A stretch of DNA of 32,000 nt, from contig FP565575.1 in the NCBI GenBank assembly GCA_000091165.1, positions 180,001-212,000 on the forward strand, read 5' to 3'. Of the stretch, positions 1 to 10,505 are shown piece by piece (the stretch's first letter is position 1; every line of letters starts with the position of its first letter). This DNA is from Candidatus Methylomirabilis oxygeniifera. GTDB taxonomy: Bacteria > Methylomirabilota > Methylomirabilia > Methylomirabilales > Methylomirabilaceae. The notes under the pieces are model-generated. The model was not told the DNA's origin. It did no database searches and was given only the letters and a program-made list of their open reading frames with translations. A program made the translations under genes and the position numbers.

Positions 1-12
1 ATCGGGGCGTCG

Positions 13-1554
13 ATGATATTGAGCATCGGTAACCTGTTGACCATGGCGCTCGGCTATGTTTTTACATTGGTCATTGTGTGGAACTTCGGGGCTACAGGCT
101 CAAGCGATGCTTACTACCTCTCCATGACTGCGTGCGCCTTTCTGACCGGTATCCTCGAAGGCTGCCTTATGGGGTCCATGGTTCCGGCTTTTGCGACGCA
201 ACAGTTCCAGAGTCTCGTTGCCGCCGAGCGAAACCGGCAATGGAGCTCCCTGCTTAACCTCTTACTGGTGATTACGCTCTTTCTTGCCGCTGTCATGCTG
301 TTATGGGCCGATACGGTTATTGCGTTCCTGGGACCGACACTTGACGTGACCACACGTACGACTACCGCGAGGTTAACCCGGTTGTTGGTACCGACAATCC
401 TACTCCTTCCGATCGCATCCTTCTTTGCGGCGAGCCTAAACTCACTGAATAAATTTGCAAGTCGTGTCATTGCGAATGCAATTAGTGGGTTGTGCAGCAC
501 CGGAATCGCCGTTGGGCTCGTCGGCCATCTTGGGGTATACGCCCTCGGCTGGGCCGTCTCGGTTGGTGCTCTGGTTCGGGTCCTGGTGATGGGTCTCGCA
601 ATTCACTACTCGGGGTTTCGATATTATCCTTCTGCTCGGTTTAGGTTGCGCTCGTCGAATGCGATAGGAGGTCTATTCGTTCCGATCTTACTGTTATCGA
701 TCCTCCTGACGGTACGAGAAACGGCCGTAAAGTCGCTGGCTACCATGGCTGGATCTGGAGCGCTTACAGCGTTCTCACTGGGCATACAATTGGCAGACCT
801 TCCGCTGGGGATCGTCGTGTCAACGTTTGGGTCTGCAGTCCTGCCGACATTGTCGAAGCTGTGGTCTGAGCATGCTAAGCGAGAATTCATGAATGCAGTC
901 ATGGCGGTATTACGGACGGGGCTATTTTTAACTATCCCGGCCGCCATCGGAATCATAATTTTGGGAGGTCCGATTATTCAGGCGGTATTCCAACGAGGCG
1001 CCTTCGACAGCAGAGCCGTCCACCTTACGATGCTTGTTGTCATGTTTTATGCCATAGGTCTGCCGTTTCGCGGCGCCAATGACGCATTGGGGAGTGCCCT
1101 GTATGCAACACGGGACGCTTGGCGGCAGGTACTGTTTTCCGGTTCCGGGGTCGTGATCGCACTCGGTACCGGGATACTACTTCTGCCCTATTTCGCCGGC
1201 CCCGGACTTGCCGCCAGCCTCTCACTAGGGAACGCCGTCAACTGCTTTTTCCATCTGCGGTTCCTCCATCGACGGCTGGACGTCCGTCCGGATATGCAAG
1301 GCGTATGGTTTGTCCTAAAGGCAATAGGAGCGGCCTTAGCTATGGCCGCCATTGTCTTATTAGCGTATAAGCTATTAGTGACCGTTGCTGGTGAAGTGAG
1401 TGGATTGAGAGGCGTGTTGGCTCTTGGGATTTTGGCATGTATGGGTGCTGGAGTATATCTGGCGATGGGGCGCTTGGTAAGTTTGCGAGAATCTGTTGTC
1501 ATTCGGAACGCTGTGCTGGCCCGTTTGGCAAAAAAGGGTGAGCAGGGGGTATGA
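13..1554 (+). CDS. MurJ/MviN-like lipid-linked oligosaccharide flippase (MOP superfamily)
   Basis: 513 aa polytopic membrane protein; N-terminal GATGSSDAYYLSMTACAFLTGILEGCLMGSMVP and later QRGAFDSRAV...LPFRGANDALGSALYATRDAW resemble MurJ motifs; sits in a glycan gene cluster. Confidence 0.85.
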   Translation: MILSIGNLLTMALGYVFTLVIVWNFGATGSSDAYYLSMTACAFLTGILEGCLMGSMVPAFATQQFQSLVAAERNRQWSSLLNLLLVITLFLAAVMLLWADTVIAFLGPTLDVTTRTTTARLTRLLVPTILLLPIASFFAASLNSLNKFASRVIANAISGLCSTGIAVGLVGHLGVYALGWAVSVGALVRVLVMGLAIHYSGFRYYPSARFRLRSSNAIGGLFVPILLLSILLTVRETAVKSLATMAGSGALTAFSLGIQLADLPLGIVVSTFGSAVLPTLSKLWSEHAKREFMNAVMAVLRTGLFLTIPAAIGIIILGGPIIQAVFQRGAFDSRAVHLTMLVVMFYAIGLPFRGANDALGSALYATRDAWRQVLFSGSGVVIALGTGILLLPYFAGPGLAASLSLGNAVNCFFHLRFLHRRLDVRPDMQGVWFVLKAIGAALAMAAIVLLAYKLLVTVAGEVSGLRGVLALGILACMGAGVYLAMGRLVSLRESVVIRNAVLARLAKKGEQGV

Positions 1555-2399
1555 TCTTGGGCAGTAGGCGTGTTCCGATTCTAATGTATCATAACGTGGA
1601 GGATCCGGCGCGGGAACGGTTCCGTGTTCAGATGCGACTGCTCAGTCGATTTGGTTACCGAACGATCGTTTTCGCGGATCTCGTATCGCAGGTCAGGGAG
1701 GGAAGAACCATAGCGGCAAAAACCGTCGTACTGACGTTTGATGACGGCACGGCGGATCATTATCGAAACGTGTTCCCTACCCTGGAAGAGTTTGGTTTGG
1801 TGGGGACCTTCTTCGTGAGTCCTGATCTTATTGGGACAACTAAGTGGATGATCAAGTACGGGGATACCAAATCCCGCGTGTGGTTCGATGAGGTTCCTGG
1901 ACAGTGTTCAAAGCGAGGGGACTCGGCTCCCAGGAAGTTCTGCCATCTAAGTTGGGATGAAGTCGTGAAGATGCATCATGCCGGACAAGAGATCGGCTCG
2001 CACGGGCTCACCCATCCTTTTCTCACGGGAATTCCACTCTCCGAGGCCGAACGAGAGATTTATCGGTCGAGCGAGCAGTTGGCCGCCAGTTTGGGAGGAC
2101 CGATTAGTACGTTTTGCTATCCCTTCGGAGACTGGAGCATGGCTGTCCGGGAGACGGTCCGGGCGGCGGGGTATCGGGGCGCATGTGTCACCGCTCCCAC
2201 ATCGACCTGTGAGGTATCGTTTGACGATCTCTTTACGCTTGGTCGTCTGCCAGCGAATACGGAGATGCCCATGTGGGCCTTCTGGTTGGTGATCTCCGGC
2301 GGCGATTTCTTTCGTCGCCGGATCAATCGACTTCCCGGGATAGAACCGATTTTCCAGTTAAGGCGGGATTTGCGAAGAGCGCTTCGACAGTGGAGGTGA
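1551..2399 (+). CDS. Polysaccharide deacetylase (NodB/CE4 family)
   Basis: VPILMYHNVED, VVLTFDDGTADHYRNVFPTLEEFGLVGTFFVSPD, EIGSHGLTHPFL, FCYPFGDWS: classic CE4 motifs. Overlaps the upstream gene stop by 4 nt. Confidence 0.92.
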   Translation: MILGSRRVPILMYHNVEDPARERFRVQMRLLSRFGYRTIVFADLVSQVREGRTIAAKTVVLTFDDGTADHYRNVFPTLEEFGLVGTFFVSPDLIGTTKWMIKYGDTKSRVWFDEVPGQCSKRGDSAPRKFCHLSWDEVVKMHHAGQEIGSHGLTHPFLTGIPLSEAEREIYRSSEQLAASLGGPISTFCYPFGDWSMAVRETVRAAGYRGACVTAPTSTCEVSFDDLFTLGRLPANTEMPMWAFWLVISGGDFFRRRINRLPGIEPIFQLRRDLRRALRQWR

Positions 2400-2521
2400 C
2401 TCCAACGTGACTGCCGCGTCTTCTTCCATTACGACCGCCAATCGGCCCACCTCATACAATGTCCTCTGACCCCATGGCTATTTGTACTAGCGCTGTAGGT
2501 CTCCTGAAAGAGAGAGGGTTG

Positions 2522-2839
2522 CTCATCATGAAGGTGGCATATTTGCGGGAGCGGAACTATTGGCTTGTGGGCCTGACCTGTTTCGTCAGGAACAGAGGAC
2601 AGTTGCTCCTTTTGCTGCCGAGCCAAATGTTCAGTTTTCCTCCTCGGACGATTGATGTGATGTGCCGGAAATTGGAAATCAGAATTGTGTTGCGTGCGGC
2701 AATTGGCGAAATCCCACATCGGCGAGCGCTTCCTCAGACTCTCTCGGAGTGTGTATGGTTATTGAGGAAGAAGGGAATTGAGGGCCTCAACGGCAAGCCA
2801 ACCTACATCATTTATACCGAGAAGGGTGGTCCGGCATGA
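2522..2839 (+). pseudogene. Small orphan ORF, possibly the C-terminal remnant of a glycan-locus gene (methyltransferase-like tail)
   Basis: Lies inside ORF 2459..2839; ends ...ECVWLLRKKGIEGLNGKPTYIIYTEKGGPA; stop overlaps the start of the 2836 GT. No complete domain and no N-terminal fold visible. Confidence 0.3.
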
Positions 2840-4005
2840 CGCGACCCAAGATCCTGTACGTCGTTCCCAGGCTTGGGGAGGGCGGGACTGAGCAGCACTT
2901 GCTGAGGTTACTTTCGCACCTGCCGACGAACGCATTGGAATACTCCTTCGCATGTTTGCGTCGGCAAGGCCCGCTATTGCCGGATTTCAAGAAGCTTGGT
3001 GTATCCATCATCGAGTTTTCGACTCCGCACACCACGTCGGGACGAATTCGGAGAGTGATCGAGTTAGCCCGATTTATGCGGCGAGAGCACGTCACTATCG
3101 TTGAGACCATGATGGGGATGACATCGTTCTATGGCGCGCTGGCGGCCTACGTGGCGCGGGTACCTGTAGTGATCTGCAATCAGCGCGAGATGGGGTATCG
3201 CGTTGACACGGGAGCAAGGCGACTGCTGCTGAAGTTGCAAATGCGATATTTTTCGACGCATGTCATCACAAATGCACGGGCCATTAAGGAATCGTTGGTG
3301 CGGGGGGGGTACTGCCCGGAGCGGAAGATTGCGGTTGTATACTCCGGAATTCCGATGGATGTCGTCGTTACACCTCTATCGGCTAATGCCGAACGACGGC
3401 GTCTCGAATTGTCGCCGGACGATATCGTAGTGGGGTGTGTGGCGAGGCTCGTGGCGGTGAAAGGACTTGACGGTCTGGTGAAGACGATTCCTCGAGTGCT
3501 TCGACACCTTCCGCGTGTTCGATTTGTTATCGTGGGGGAAGGACCGGAGCGTGCAGTGCTTGAGCGCATGAGACAAGAGCTTGGCATCGAGCGCGCCCTT
3601 CGTCTGGCCGGCTACAGCGCGGATCCGAGTGAGATCATTGCCTGTTCCGATATCTGTGTACAGCCGTCGTTGTCCGAAGGACTGCCGACCGCAGTGCTCG
3701 AATATATGCGAGCCGGAAAGCCGGTCGTTGCGACCGCGGTGGGCGGAATACCCGAGGCCATCGTGGACCGTCAGAGCGGCTTGTTGGTTCGACCGGGCGA
3801 CCTGGACGCGCTGTCTGATAGCATCATTCGGCTCGCCTCAGATCCCATGCTCCGGACACAGATGGGGGAACAAGGCCGGGAGATCGTAAGGCGGCGTTTT
3901 GATATTGGACAAGTTGCAAAACACTACGAGTTGCTGTACCACGAATTGATCAGAGGAATCGGGCCTAACTTTTCCGAGTGGGCGACTGAGCGATTCGGCG
4001 GTTAA
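2836..4005 (+). CDS. Glycosyltransferase family 4
   Basis: YVVPRLGEGGTEQHLLRLLSHL; VGEGPERAVLERMRQELGIERALRLAGY; CVQPSLSEGLPTAVLEYMRAGKPVVATAVGGIPEAI: GT4 EX7E region. Confidence 0.95.
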   Translation: MTRPKILYVVPRLGEGGTEQHLLRLLSHLPTNALEYSFACLRRQGPLLPDFKKLGVSIIEFSTPHTTSGRIRRVIELARFMRREHVTIVETMMGMTSFYGALAAYVARVPVVICNQREMGYRVDTGARRLLLKLQMRYFSTHVITNARAIKESLVRGGYCPERKIAVVYSGIPMDVVVTPLSANAERRRLELSPDDIVVGCVARLVAVKGLDGLVKTIPRVLRHLPRVRFVIVGEGPERAVLERMRQELGIERALRLAGYSADPSEIIACSDICVQPSLSEGLPTAVLEYMRAGKPVVATAVGGIPEAIVDRQSGLLVRPGDLDALSDSIIRLASDPMLRTQMGEQGREIVRRRFDIGQVAKHYELLYHELIRGIGPNFSEWATERFGG

Positions 4006-4022
4006 GGGGAAACGACGCAACT

Positions 4023-5183
4023 GTGGGTACTCCACGGATACGAGTGGCGCTGGTGATCGCTACGTTAAACTATGGCGGGGCCCAGGTCCAGTTGTGCCAT
4101 CTTGCCAAGTTGTTAAGACGGTACAAGTACGAGGTGATGGTGTGTTGTGTCACCAGGGGTGGGCCGCTTGCCGAGGATCTCCGAGAAGCCGAGGTTGAGG
4201 TCCGGGTCATCGGGAAACGACACAAGCTCGACGTCACGGTTCTCTGGAAGTTAATTCGGATCTTTAAATCGTATCGGCCGGACATAGTACATTGTCAGCT
4301 TTTTACCGCCAATATGTGGGGCCGGCTCGCCGCACGGATTTCTGGGATACGGGGTATTATTGCAACGGTCCTTTCCCTCGAAGCCGATCGCGGAATTTCG
4401 TACGTCCTGGTCGACCGATTGCTTGCTCATGTTACCGATCGAATCGTCTGTAATACGTGGGAGATCAAGGGATATCTGGCAGAGGGGGAGAAGATGGACC
4501 CTGGTAAGCTGACCGTAGTCCACAACGGAGTCGATACCGATTGGTCCGGTAGCTGGCTTGCGGCCCATGGCATCCTGCCGCTCGGTTCGTCTAAGTCAGC
4601 CTTGGGGTTGGCGCCCCATCGGCCGGTTGTAGGAATGGTGTGCCGCTTCGATCCGCGAAAGGGGATCGAAATATTTTTGGACGCTTGTGAACTACTTCTA
4701 AGACAACGGGACGATGTGCAGTTCCTATTGGTTGGGGATGCTGATCCCGCTCAACCCGACCAAGTCGCCTGCAAGGCCCAGGTCATGAAGCGACTCGAAC
4801 AGTCACCATTGAGTTCCTCGGTTGTCCTGCCTGGACTGGCTGCAGACGTACGCCCGCTATTGCATTGCATGAATGTGTTCGTCTTGACATCGCATACCGA
4901 GGGACTTCCGAATGCCTTGATGGAGGCTATGGCGATGGAACGGCCTATCGTGGCTACGACGGTAGGCGGCGTACCGGAGTTGGTGAGGCACGAGATTGAC
5001 GGATTGCTGGTTCCACCCGGCGACCCCGAAGCCGTGGCTAATGCCGTACTGCGCCTTCTCCAACAACCGGACGTGGCTTGGGTGATGGCAAGGAAAGCCA
5101 GAGAGCGCATGTGCGAGGACTTCTCGCTTGCGCGTATGGTGTCGGATACAACCAAAATATACCATGAAGTTCTCCGTATGTAA
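4023..5183 (+). CDS. Glycosyltransferase family 4
   Basis: IATLNYGGAQVQLCHLAKLL; VLTSHTEGLPNALMEAMAMERPIVATTVGGVPELV. GTG start. Confidence 0.95.
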   Translation: MGTPRIRVALVIATLNYGGAQVQLCHLAKLLRRYKYEVMVCCVTRGGPLAEDLREAEVEVRVIGKRHKLDVTVLWKLIRIFKSYRPDIVHCQLFTANMWGRLAARISGIRGIIATVLSLEADRGISYVLVDRLLAHVTDRIVCNTWEIKGYLAEGEKMDPGKLTVVHNGVDTDWSGSWLAAHGILPLGSSKSALGLAPHRPVVGMVCRFDPRKGIEIFLDACELLLRQRDDVQFLLVGDADPAQPDQVACKAQVMKRLEQSPLSSSVVLPGLAADVRPLLHCMNVFVLTSHTEGLPNALMEAMAMERPIVATTVGGVPELVRHEIDGLLVPPGDPEAVANAVLRLLQQPDVAWVMARKARERMCEDFSLARMVSDTTKIYHEVLRM

Positions 5184-5320
5184 GCGACGGTTTTCAGTGA
5201 TCCGGCAGCTCGAATGCCTCATGCGATCTCAAGTGTATGTGGATCCCCAGGTACATCGCCGTATGGGCCTATGCCGTGAAGACGTTAGAAAGAGCAGATA
5301 GCAATCAGATCGCGGCTGAT

Positions 5321-6466
5321 ATGAGTGAAGAAATGGTATCGAAAAAGATCCGGCTGCTTTCCTTTCAGAGTGGAGACATGCTTGGCGGGACCGAGCTGAA
5401 TAACTATCGAATTATCTCAGGGATGGATCGCGACCGCTTTGAGGTAGATATCTGCTTCCTCGATAATGAGGGTCCATTGACGCCGCTCTACAGGGATCTT
5501 GGGTTCAGGGTGTTTCACCTGTTTGCAGGCGGTAAGCTCCAGATAAGCTCATGTCTCAGATTAGCTAGGATCTTGCGTTGTAGGCATTATGACATCCTCC
5601 ATATCTTTGGGCTACGCGCAAATCTCATTGGACGGATCGTGGGCCGTATTTGTGGAGTTCGGTACATTGTTACAGGACAGCGGAATATCGACGCGTGGCG
5701 GAAGAGAAGACATACCTTGGCGGATTATGTGACCTCTCCCTTCGTGAGTGTTTATATTTCCAATTCCTACGCCGGCGTCGAGATCCTGCGTGCCAGAGAG
5801 CGGATATCGCCAGAGAAAATCCTCGTCATTCATAATGGTATCGACTGGTCTCAATTCAGTGCGTCCTCTTCGACCGGTTTACTCAGGCGGACGCTTGGGC
5901 TGTCGCCCGATGTGCCTGTAATTGTTTGCGTAGGCGAGCTTCGCGACGCCAAGGGTCACGCATATCTGTTGGAGGCGGTGGCCAGACTCCGGTTTGCCGG
6001 TAAAGAATTTCATGTGTGGCTGGTTGGAGACGGACCTCTTCGGCAAGCCATTCAACATCAAATCAGAGACCTGCGCCTCGACCGGACTGTGACGCTGCTT
6101 GGCATCCGGGAGGATGTTTCAGACATTCTCTCCGAAAGTGATATCTTTTGCTTGGCTTCTCTATGGGAAGGACTCCCCACGTGTGTGATGGAGGCGATGT
6201 CAAGCGCCCTCCCGGTTGTCGCAACCACCGTCGGCGGCGTTCCCGAGCTGGTTTGCGATGGGGAAACAGGATTACTGGTGCCGCCGCGCAACCCAAGCGC
6301 TCTGGCCGAGGCATTAACCAAGTTGCTTGATGCACCGCGTTTGCGAGCAGCCTTCGGTGAGGCCGGGCGATCCGTTGTCAAGCGTCATTTTGGACTTACC
6401 GACAAGATCCGGGATCTCGAGAAGGTGTACGAAGGCCTTCTTTCCACGGAAGCGAGAATCATGTGA
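5321..6466 (+). CDS. Glycosyltransferase family 4
   Basis: MLGGTELNNYRIISGMDRDRFEVDICFLD; CLASLWEGLPTCVMEAMSSALPVVATTVGGVPELV. The ORF opens at 5237; internal ATG at 5321 fits the GT-B N-terminus better. Confidence 0.93.
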   Translation: MSEEMVSKKIRLLSFQSGDMLGGTELNNYRIISGMDRDRFEVDICFLDNEGPLTPLYRDLGFRVFHLFAGGKLQISSCLRLARILRCRHYDILHIFGLRANLIGRIVGRICGVRYIVTGQRNIDAWRKRRHTLADYVTSPFVSVYISNSYAGVEILRARERISPEKILVIHNGIDWSQFSASSSTGLLRRTLGLSPDVPVIVCVGELRDAKGHAYLLEAVARLRFAGKEFHVWLVGDGPLRQAIQHQIRDLRLDRTVTLLGIREDVSDILSESDIFCLASLWEGLPTCVMEAMSSALPVVATTVGGVPELVCDGETGLLVPPRNPSALAEALTKLLDAPRLRAAFGEAGRSVVKRHFGLTDKIRDLEKVYEGLLSTEARIM

Positions 6467-8406
6467 TTGAAGAGGTTCGTCCTGCGCTTGTCTTTGCTGC
6501 CGTTGTCGGGATGGCCGTTCTGACGTCGAATGTGCACGCTCACAGTACGCCGAGATATGATCGGCAGGCGTCCGCTGCGCTTAGGGTGTTTCGAGTCCCT
6601 GCCTTTGAGCTTGGTTGGGAACACCTAGCCTTTTCGCTGTCGCCGCCGCCGCCAAATGGACGAGGCGTCATGAGATTAGAGGACCGACTGAGCCCGAATG
6701 ATCGTATTGCCGCTCATCGGGCATTGACGGATCTGAAGACCGCCGCATTCTCAGGGCTCCACCTTCTCAACCTTCGCACTGATCGTGTTGCACTCACGGC
6801 GGCTAAAACACAAACTGAAGCGTTCTCTTTCCTGGTGGAATCCGATGTGAAGATCTCGAACCTCAGGGTGTTGGCAACAGACCTCGCGGGAGGACGCCGT
6901 AAAATCGATGCGCAAAACGTGCAGATCTGGCTTGTGCATCCGTGGCTTCAAGCGGGTCGGTCGGTTTACGTTGACAAGGCGGTCATCGTTCCGGAGTTGT
7001 TGCTGAAGACTGATATCGGATTGGAGTTCTCTGATTCATATGATCGCGCCGGTCGATACCTTCCTCCTCGTATCCGACTGGAAGGCCCCGTCACGACATC
7101 GGTTGAAGCTGGCGCGTTCAAGCGGTTTCTCGTCACGGTTTCCGTTCCGATCAAGGCTCACTCGGGCCGTTATTCTGGTAAGGTGTTGATCATTCGCGAT
7201 GGTGCTGACGCTTCAGCGTTGAGGATCGATCTGCGGGTAGCCGACATCACCCTGGACGTTCCACAGCACACGCTTCTCATTTACTATGATGGGACGCCTG
7301 AATCTTCGACCGGGACTGACGTGGAAATAGATAACCGATTTCTACGTGAGATGCGGTACATTCGGGATCTCGGGTATGCCGGGCTACGACTCGGCAATTA
7401 CCGGGATCGAGCTCATCTGGCTAAGGCGTTAGGAACGATCCGCTCGGTTGGATTTTTAGGTCCCATTGTGCAGGGCGCCTTTATTGAAGATGGTCTCTCT
7501 GTAGCCAAGTCGTTGGGCTACACACCATACTTCTATGGCGTTGACGAGCCGGACACTCACGGTCGACTGGAAGAACACATTCGGGAATCCAGAAAAATCC
7601 ACGCGAAGGGTGGAAAAGTTGCAACGGCGATTACCCGGACAGGCGCCCTTTCGCTCGCCGATCCGGGTGGCTGGAATGAGCCGCTCGACATGATCAACTA
7701 CGATCAGGACAGAGAAGACTTTTGGGAATACGTGCAGGCACTGCACGATGGAAAGACAACACGCCTTTCTACTGCAGAATTGTTCTACTGGCAGGTGTGG
7801 GTAGAGAAGCCCGATATCAACCGGATTTTTCACGGTTTCTATCTTTGGAAAACCGGTCTTGATGGGGTCTTTCCTTGGATCTTTGGAAGAGTCAGTTCTA
7901 CGTCCCCATACAACAGCGGGGATTCCACCGAACCTGATAGGGGCCAGCAGGTGAGTCGCCCCTACAGGCAATTTTTTCTCGTTTATCCGGCAAAGGACGG
8001 GCCGGTCCCAACTTTGAATTCTGAGGCTATCCGTCAAGGAATAACAGATCTGCGACTGCTCACCACGCTTCAGCGCTTGATGCGGCGCTCGTCGGGAATG
8101 AACGGCGCAATTGCGGCGGCACGCAAGGAGGCAGAGGCCGCCGTGGCGCGAATCCTTAGTCATCTGCACTGGGATCTGCGGATGCACGCCTCCGATTCGT
8201 ATCGACCGTACGGGCGGATGTCGTCGGAAGAGATTGACGGGTTCCGTACCACAGTCATGAAGCACGTTCTCGACCTTCACACTGCACTTCAACGGGGTAC
8301 ATCGCGCGAGGATCAAAGGTTAGGTTATCGAGGAAAGTATCCTTCTTCTTCAAGTGTGAGACCGGGAACCCTCAGTGATCATTTGATGTGTTGTGACGGT
8401 CTATGA
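6463..8406 (+). CDS. Secreted DUF4091-like (glycoside-hydrolase-type) protein
   Basis: N-terminal hydrophobic signal (ALVFAAVVGMAVLTSNVHAHS); GFYLWKTGLDGVFPWIF, QFFLVYPAKDGPVPTLNSEAIRQGITDLRLLTTLQRL resembles the FFYPG...LRLKTFRDAVDDYDYL tail of the protein at 14100..16130. Confidence 0.65.
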   Translation: MIEEVRPALVFAAVVGMAVLTSNVHAHSTPRYDRQASAALRVFRVPAFELGWEHLAFSLSPPPPNGRGVMRLEDRLSPNDRIAAHRALTDLKTAAFSGLHLLNLRTDRVALTAAKTQTEAFSFLVESDVKISNLRVLATDLAGGRRKIDAQNVQIWLVHPWLQAGRSVYVDKAVIVPELLLKTDIGLEFSDSYDRAGRYLPPRIRLEGPVTTSVEAGAFKRFLVTVSVPIKAHSGRYSGKVLIIRDGADASALRIDLRVADITLDVPQHTLLIYYDGTPESSTGTDVEIDNRFLREMRYIRDLGYAGLRLGNYRDRAHLAKALGTIRSVGFLGPIVQGAFIEDGLSVAKSLGYTPYFYGVDEPDTHGRLEEHIRESRKIHAKGGKVATAITRTGALSLADPGGWNEPLDMINYDQDREDFWEYVQALHDGKTTRLSTAELFYWQVWVEKPDINRIFHGFYLWKTGLDGVFPWIFGRVSSTSPYNSGDSTEPDRGQQVSRPYRQFFLVYPAKDGPVPTLNSEAIRQGITDLRLLTTLQRLMRRSSGMNGAIAAARKEAEAAVARILSHLHWDLRMHASDSYRPYGRMSSEEIDGFRTTVMKHVLDLHTALQRGTSREDQRLGYRGKYPSSSSVRPGTLSDHLMCCDGL

Positions 8407-9395
8407 TTCACGAAAGCGGCATACTCGTCATCTCCCTGGATTTTGAACTCCATTGGGGCGTCCGCGATAAGAGGAGGGTCGAGGATTACCGCGGGAACCT
8501 TCTTGGTGCGCGCACAGTGATACCGCGGCTGTTGGAGCTGTTTACCCAGTACGACATCCACGCGACGTGGGCAATCGTAGGATTCCTATTCTTTCGCAAT
8601 CGATGTGAGCTCATGCGGGGGTTACCGACCACGATACCGCAGTACACCGACAGGAGGTTGTCTCCATATGATGACCTTGATGCTATCGGTATCGATGAGC
8701 AGGACGATCCATTCCATTATGCATCCTCACTGATCACGCTGATTGCTTCCCGACCTAATCAGGAGATCGGTAGTCATTCATTTTCACATTATTATTGTCT
8801 CGAATCCGGACAGACCATTGAAATGTTCGAATCCGATCTGCAAGCCGCCATTCAGGCAGCGAAACCTTATGGGCTATCCCTCGACAGCATGGTGTTTCCC
8901 AGGAACCAGGTGAATGATGACTACATACCCGTGTGCAGAGCTAATGGAATCAAGGCGTTCAGGGGAAGACCACGCTCTTGGACCTACGCGGCGAGGAATC
9001 AAGAAGAGGAATCTCGTTGGGCAAGATTACTTCGCTTAATAGACGCGTACATCAATCTCTCCGGGCACACCTGCTATTCATCGGCGGAGATCGCCGCAGG
9101 TTGTCCTTGCAATATCCCGGGCAGTCGGTTTGTTCGACCATACTCGCCAAGGTTCAGGGCGCTAGAACCGCTTCGACTGCACCGCATAAAGTCGGATCTG
9201 AGTTATGCCGCCAAAAATAAACAAGTCTATCACCTGTTTTGGCATCCTCACAATTTTGGAAAAGATATCGATCGGAATCTGGCTTTTTTAAGGAGTGTAC
9301 TCGAACATTTTCAAGTATTGCGCCATGGGTATGGTATGCAAAGCTTAAATATGCGTGACGTTGTCGCCGGGCTGACTCAAGAGATTATTGACTGA
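8403..9395 (+). CDS. Polysaccharide deacetylase family protein
   Basis: GILVISLDFELHWGVRDKRR...LLELFTQYDIHATWAIVGFLF; EIGSHSFSHYYC; VFPRNQVNDDY: NodB-like fold. Confidence 0.88.
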   Translation: MIHESGILVISLDFELHWGVRDKRRVEDYRGNLLGARTVIPRLLELFTQYDIHATWAIVGFLFFRNRCELMRGLPTTIPQYTDRRLSPYDDLDAIGIDEQDDPFHYASSLITLIASRPNQEIGSHSFSHYYCLESGQTIEMFESDLQAAIQAAKPYGLSLDSMVFPRNQVNDDYIPVCRANGIKAFRGRPRSWTYAARNQEEESRWARLLRLIDAYINLSGHTCYSSAEIAAGCPCNIPGSRFVRPYSPRFRALEPLRLHRIKSDLSYAAKNKQVYHLFWHPHNFGKDIDRNLAFLRSVLEHFQVLRHGYGMQSLNMRDVVAGLTQEIID

Positions 9396-9496
9396 AGATG
9401 ATGGATCGGCTGTGAACAGTCAGCTCTACTTTTCCACGCGATGATGCAGTTCATATTCGCTCCCGGCGTCCACTCGAATAGGCATAATCTTCCATT

Positions 9497-10378
9497 TTGG
9501 TTGAGGTGCCGTTGAGCCGGAAGTCCGGAATCCCTTGGCAAGTCAAGGTTGCGGCGAAGCTCGTCCTCTCCGCCATACCGCTGCGCTACGGTATGTGGCG
9601 GCGACTGGGCCTATTTCGCCACGGAAAAATGGACCGCCCGAAATATGGCTATGAAGTCTTCAAATGCCACTTTGAGCGGGCGGGTGTCTCCAGGCGAAAC
9701 ACAGGGTTCACCCAATTGGAGCTGGGGCCTGGAGATTCGCTGTGTTCTGCGATGATCGGATATGCGTTCGGGGCGTCTGCGACCTATCTTGTAGATGTGG
9801 GATCGTATGCGCAAGATGACTTAGGTTTCTACCATTCAATGGCCGGCTTTCTCTCTCAGGAGGGCCTGGAGGCGCCGGATCTATCGCACGCGAGGTGTCT
9901 GAATGATCTACTTGCAGTCTGTGGGGCGCAATACTTGACCCAGGGGCTGGCTTCGTTAAGAACTATTCCCGATCAATCGATTCATTTCATCTGGTCGCAT
10001 GCCGTCCTTCAATCCGTCAGACGGAGCGAGTTCGTGGATACGTTGAAGGAGCTACGCCGAATAATTCGTAGCGACGGCGTGTGTTCCCACCAAATAGATC
10101 TCCGGGACTTCCTGGGCGGCAATCTGAATAGCTTAAGATTCCGAAAGGAGCTGTGGGAGTCCGATTTCATGATTCGGTCGAGGTTTTATACGAATCGGAT
10201 TCGGTATTCGGAAATGTTGCGACTCTTTGAGCAGACCGGCTTTGACGTCCACGTGAGCGACGCGTCTCGGTGGGACACGTTGCCGATATCGAGGGCCAAG
10301 TTGTCGCCAGAGTTCAGGTGTTTGTCGGATGGCGAGCTCTGCGTATCGGGTTTTGGGGTGGTCCTCCGTCCGCGCTAG
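9497..10378 (+). CDS. SAM-dependent methyltransferase (class I)
   Basis: TQLELGPGDSLCSAMIGYAFGASATYLVDVGSYA; SIHFIWSHAVLQSVRRSEFVDTLKELRRIIRSDGVCSHQIDLRD. Confidence 0.8.
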   Translation: MVEVPLSRKSGIPWQVKVAAKLVLSAIPLRYGMWRRLGLFRHGKMDRPKYGYEVFKCHFERAGVSRRNTGFTQLELGPGDSLCSAMIGYAFGASATYLVDVGSYAQDDLGFYHSMAGFLSQEGLEAPDLSHARCLNDLLAVCGAQYLTQGLASLRTIPDQSIHFIWSHAVLQSVRRSEFVDTLKELRRIIRSDGVCSHQIDLRDFLGGNLNSLRFRKELWESDFMIRSRFYTNRIRYSEMLRLFEQTGFDVHVSDASRWDTLPISRAKLSPEFRCLSDGELCVSGFGVVLRPR

Positions 10379-10505
10379 ACCATCATGGCTACCGCTACAT
10401 TGTTTCGGCCGAGCGACAATTCTGCCGGACCTTGCGTGAAGTAGCGCTTCGTCTTGAGGGACGCGTCGGAGAGGCTGTTTTATAAGGGCTCCTATAGGGT
10501 CTACC

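Noticed and set aside
9534-9555. TTGGCAAGTCAAGGTTGC as an RpoN promoter
   Set aside because: GG to GC spacing is 12, not 10, and the site lies within the methyltransferase ORF.
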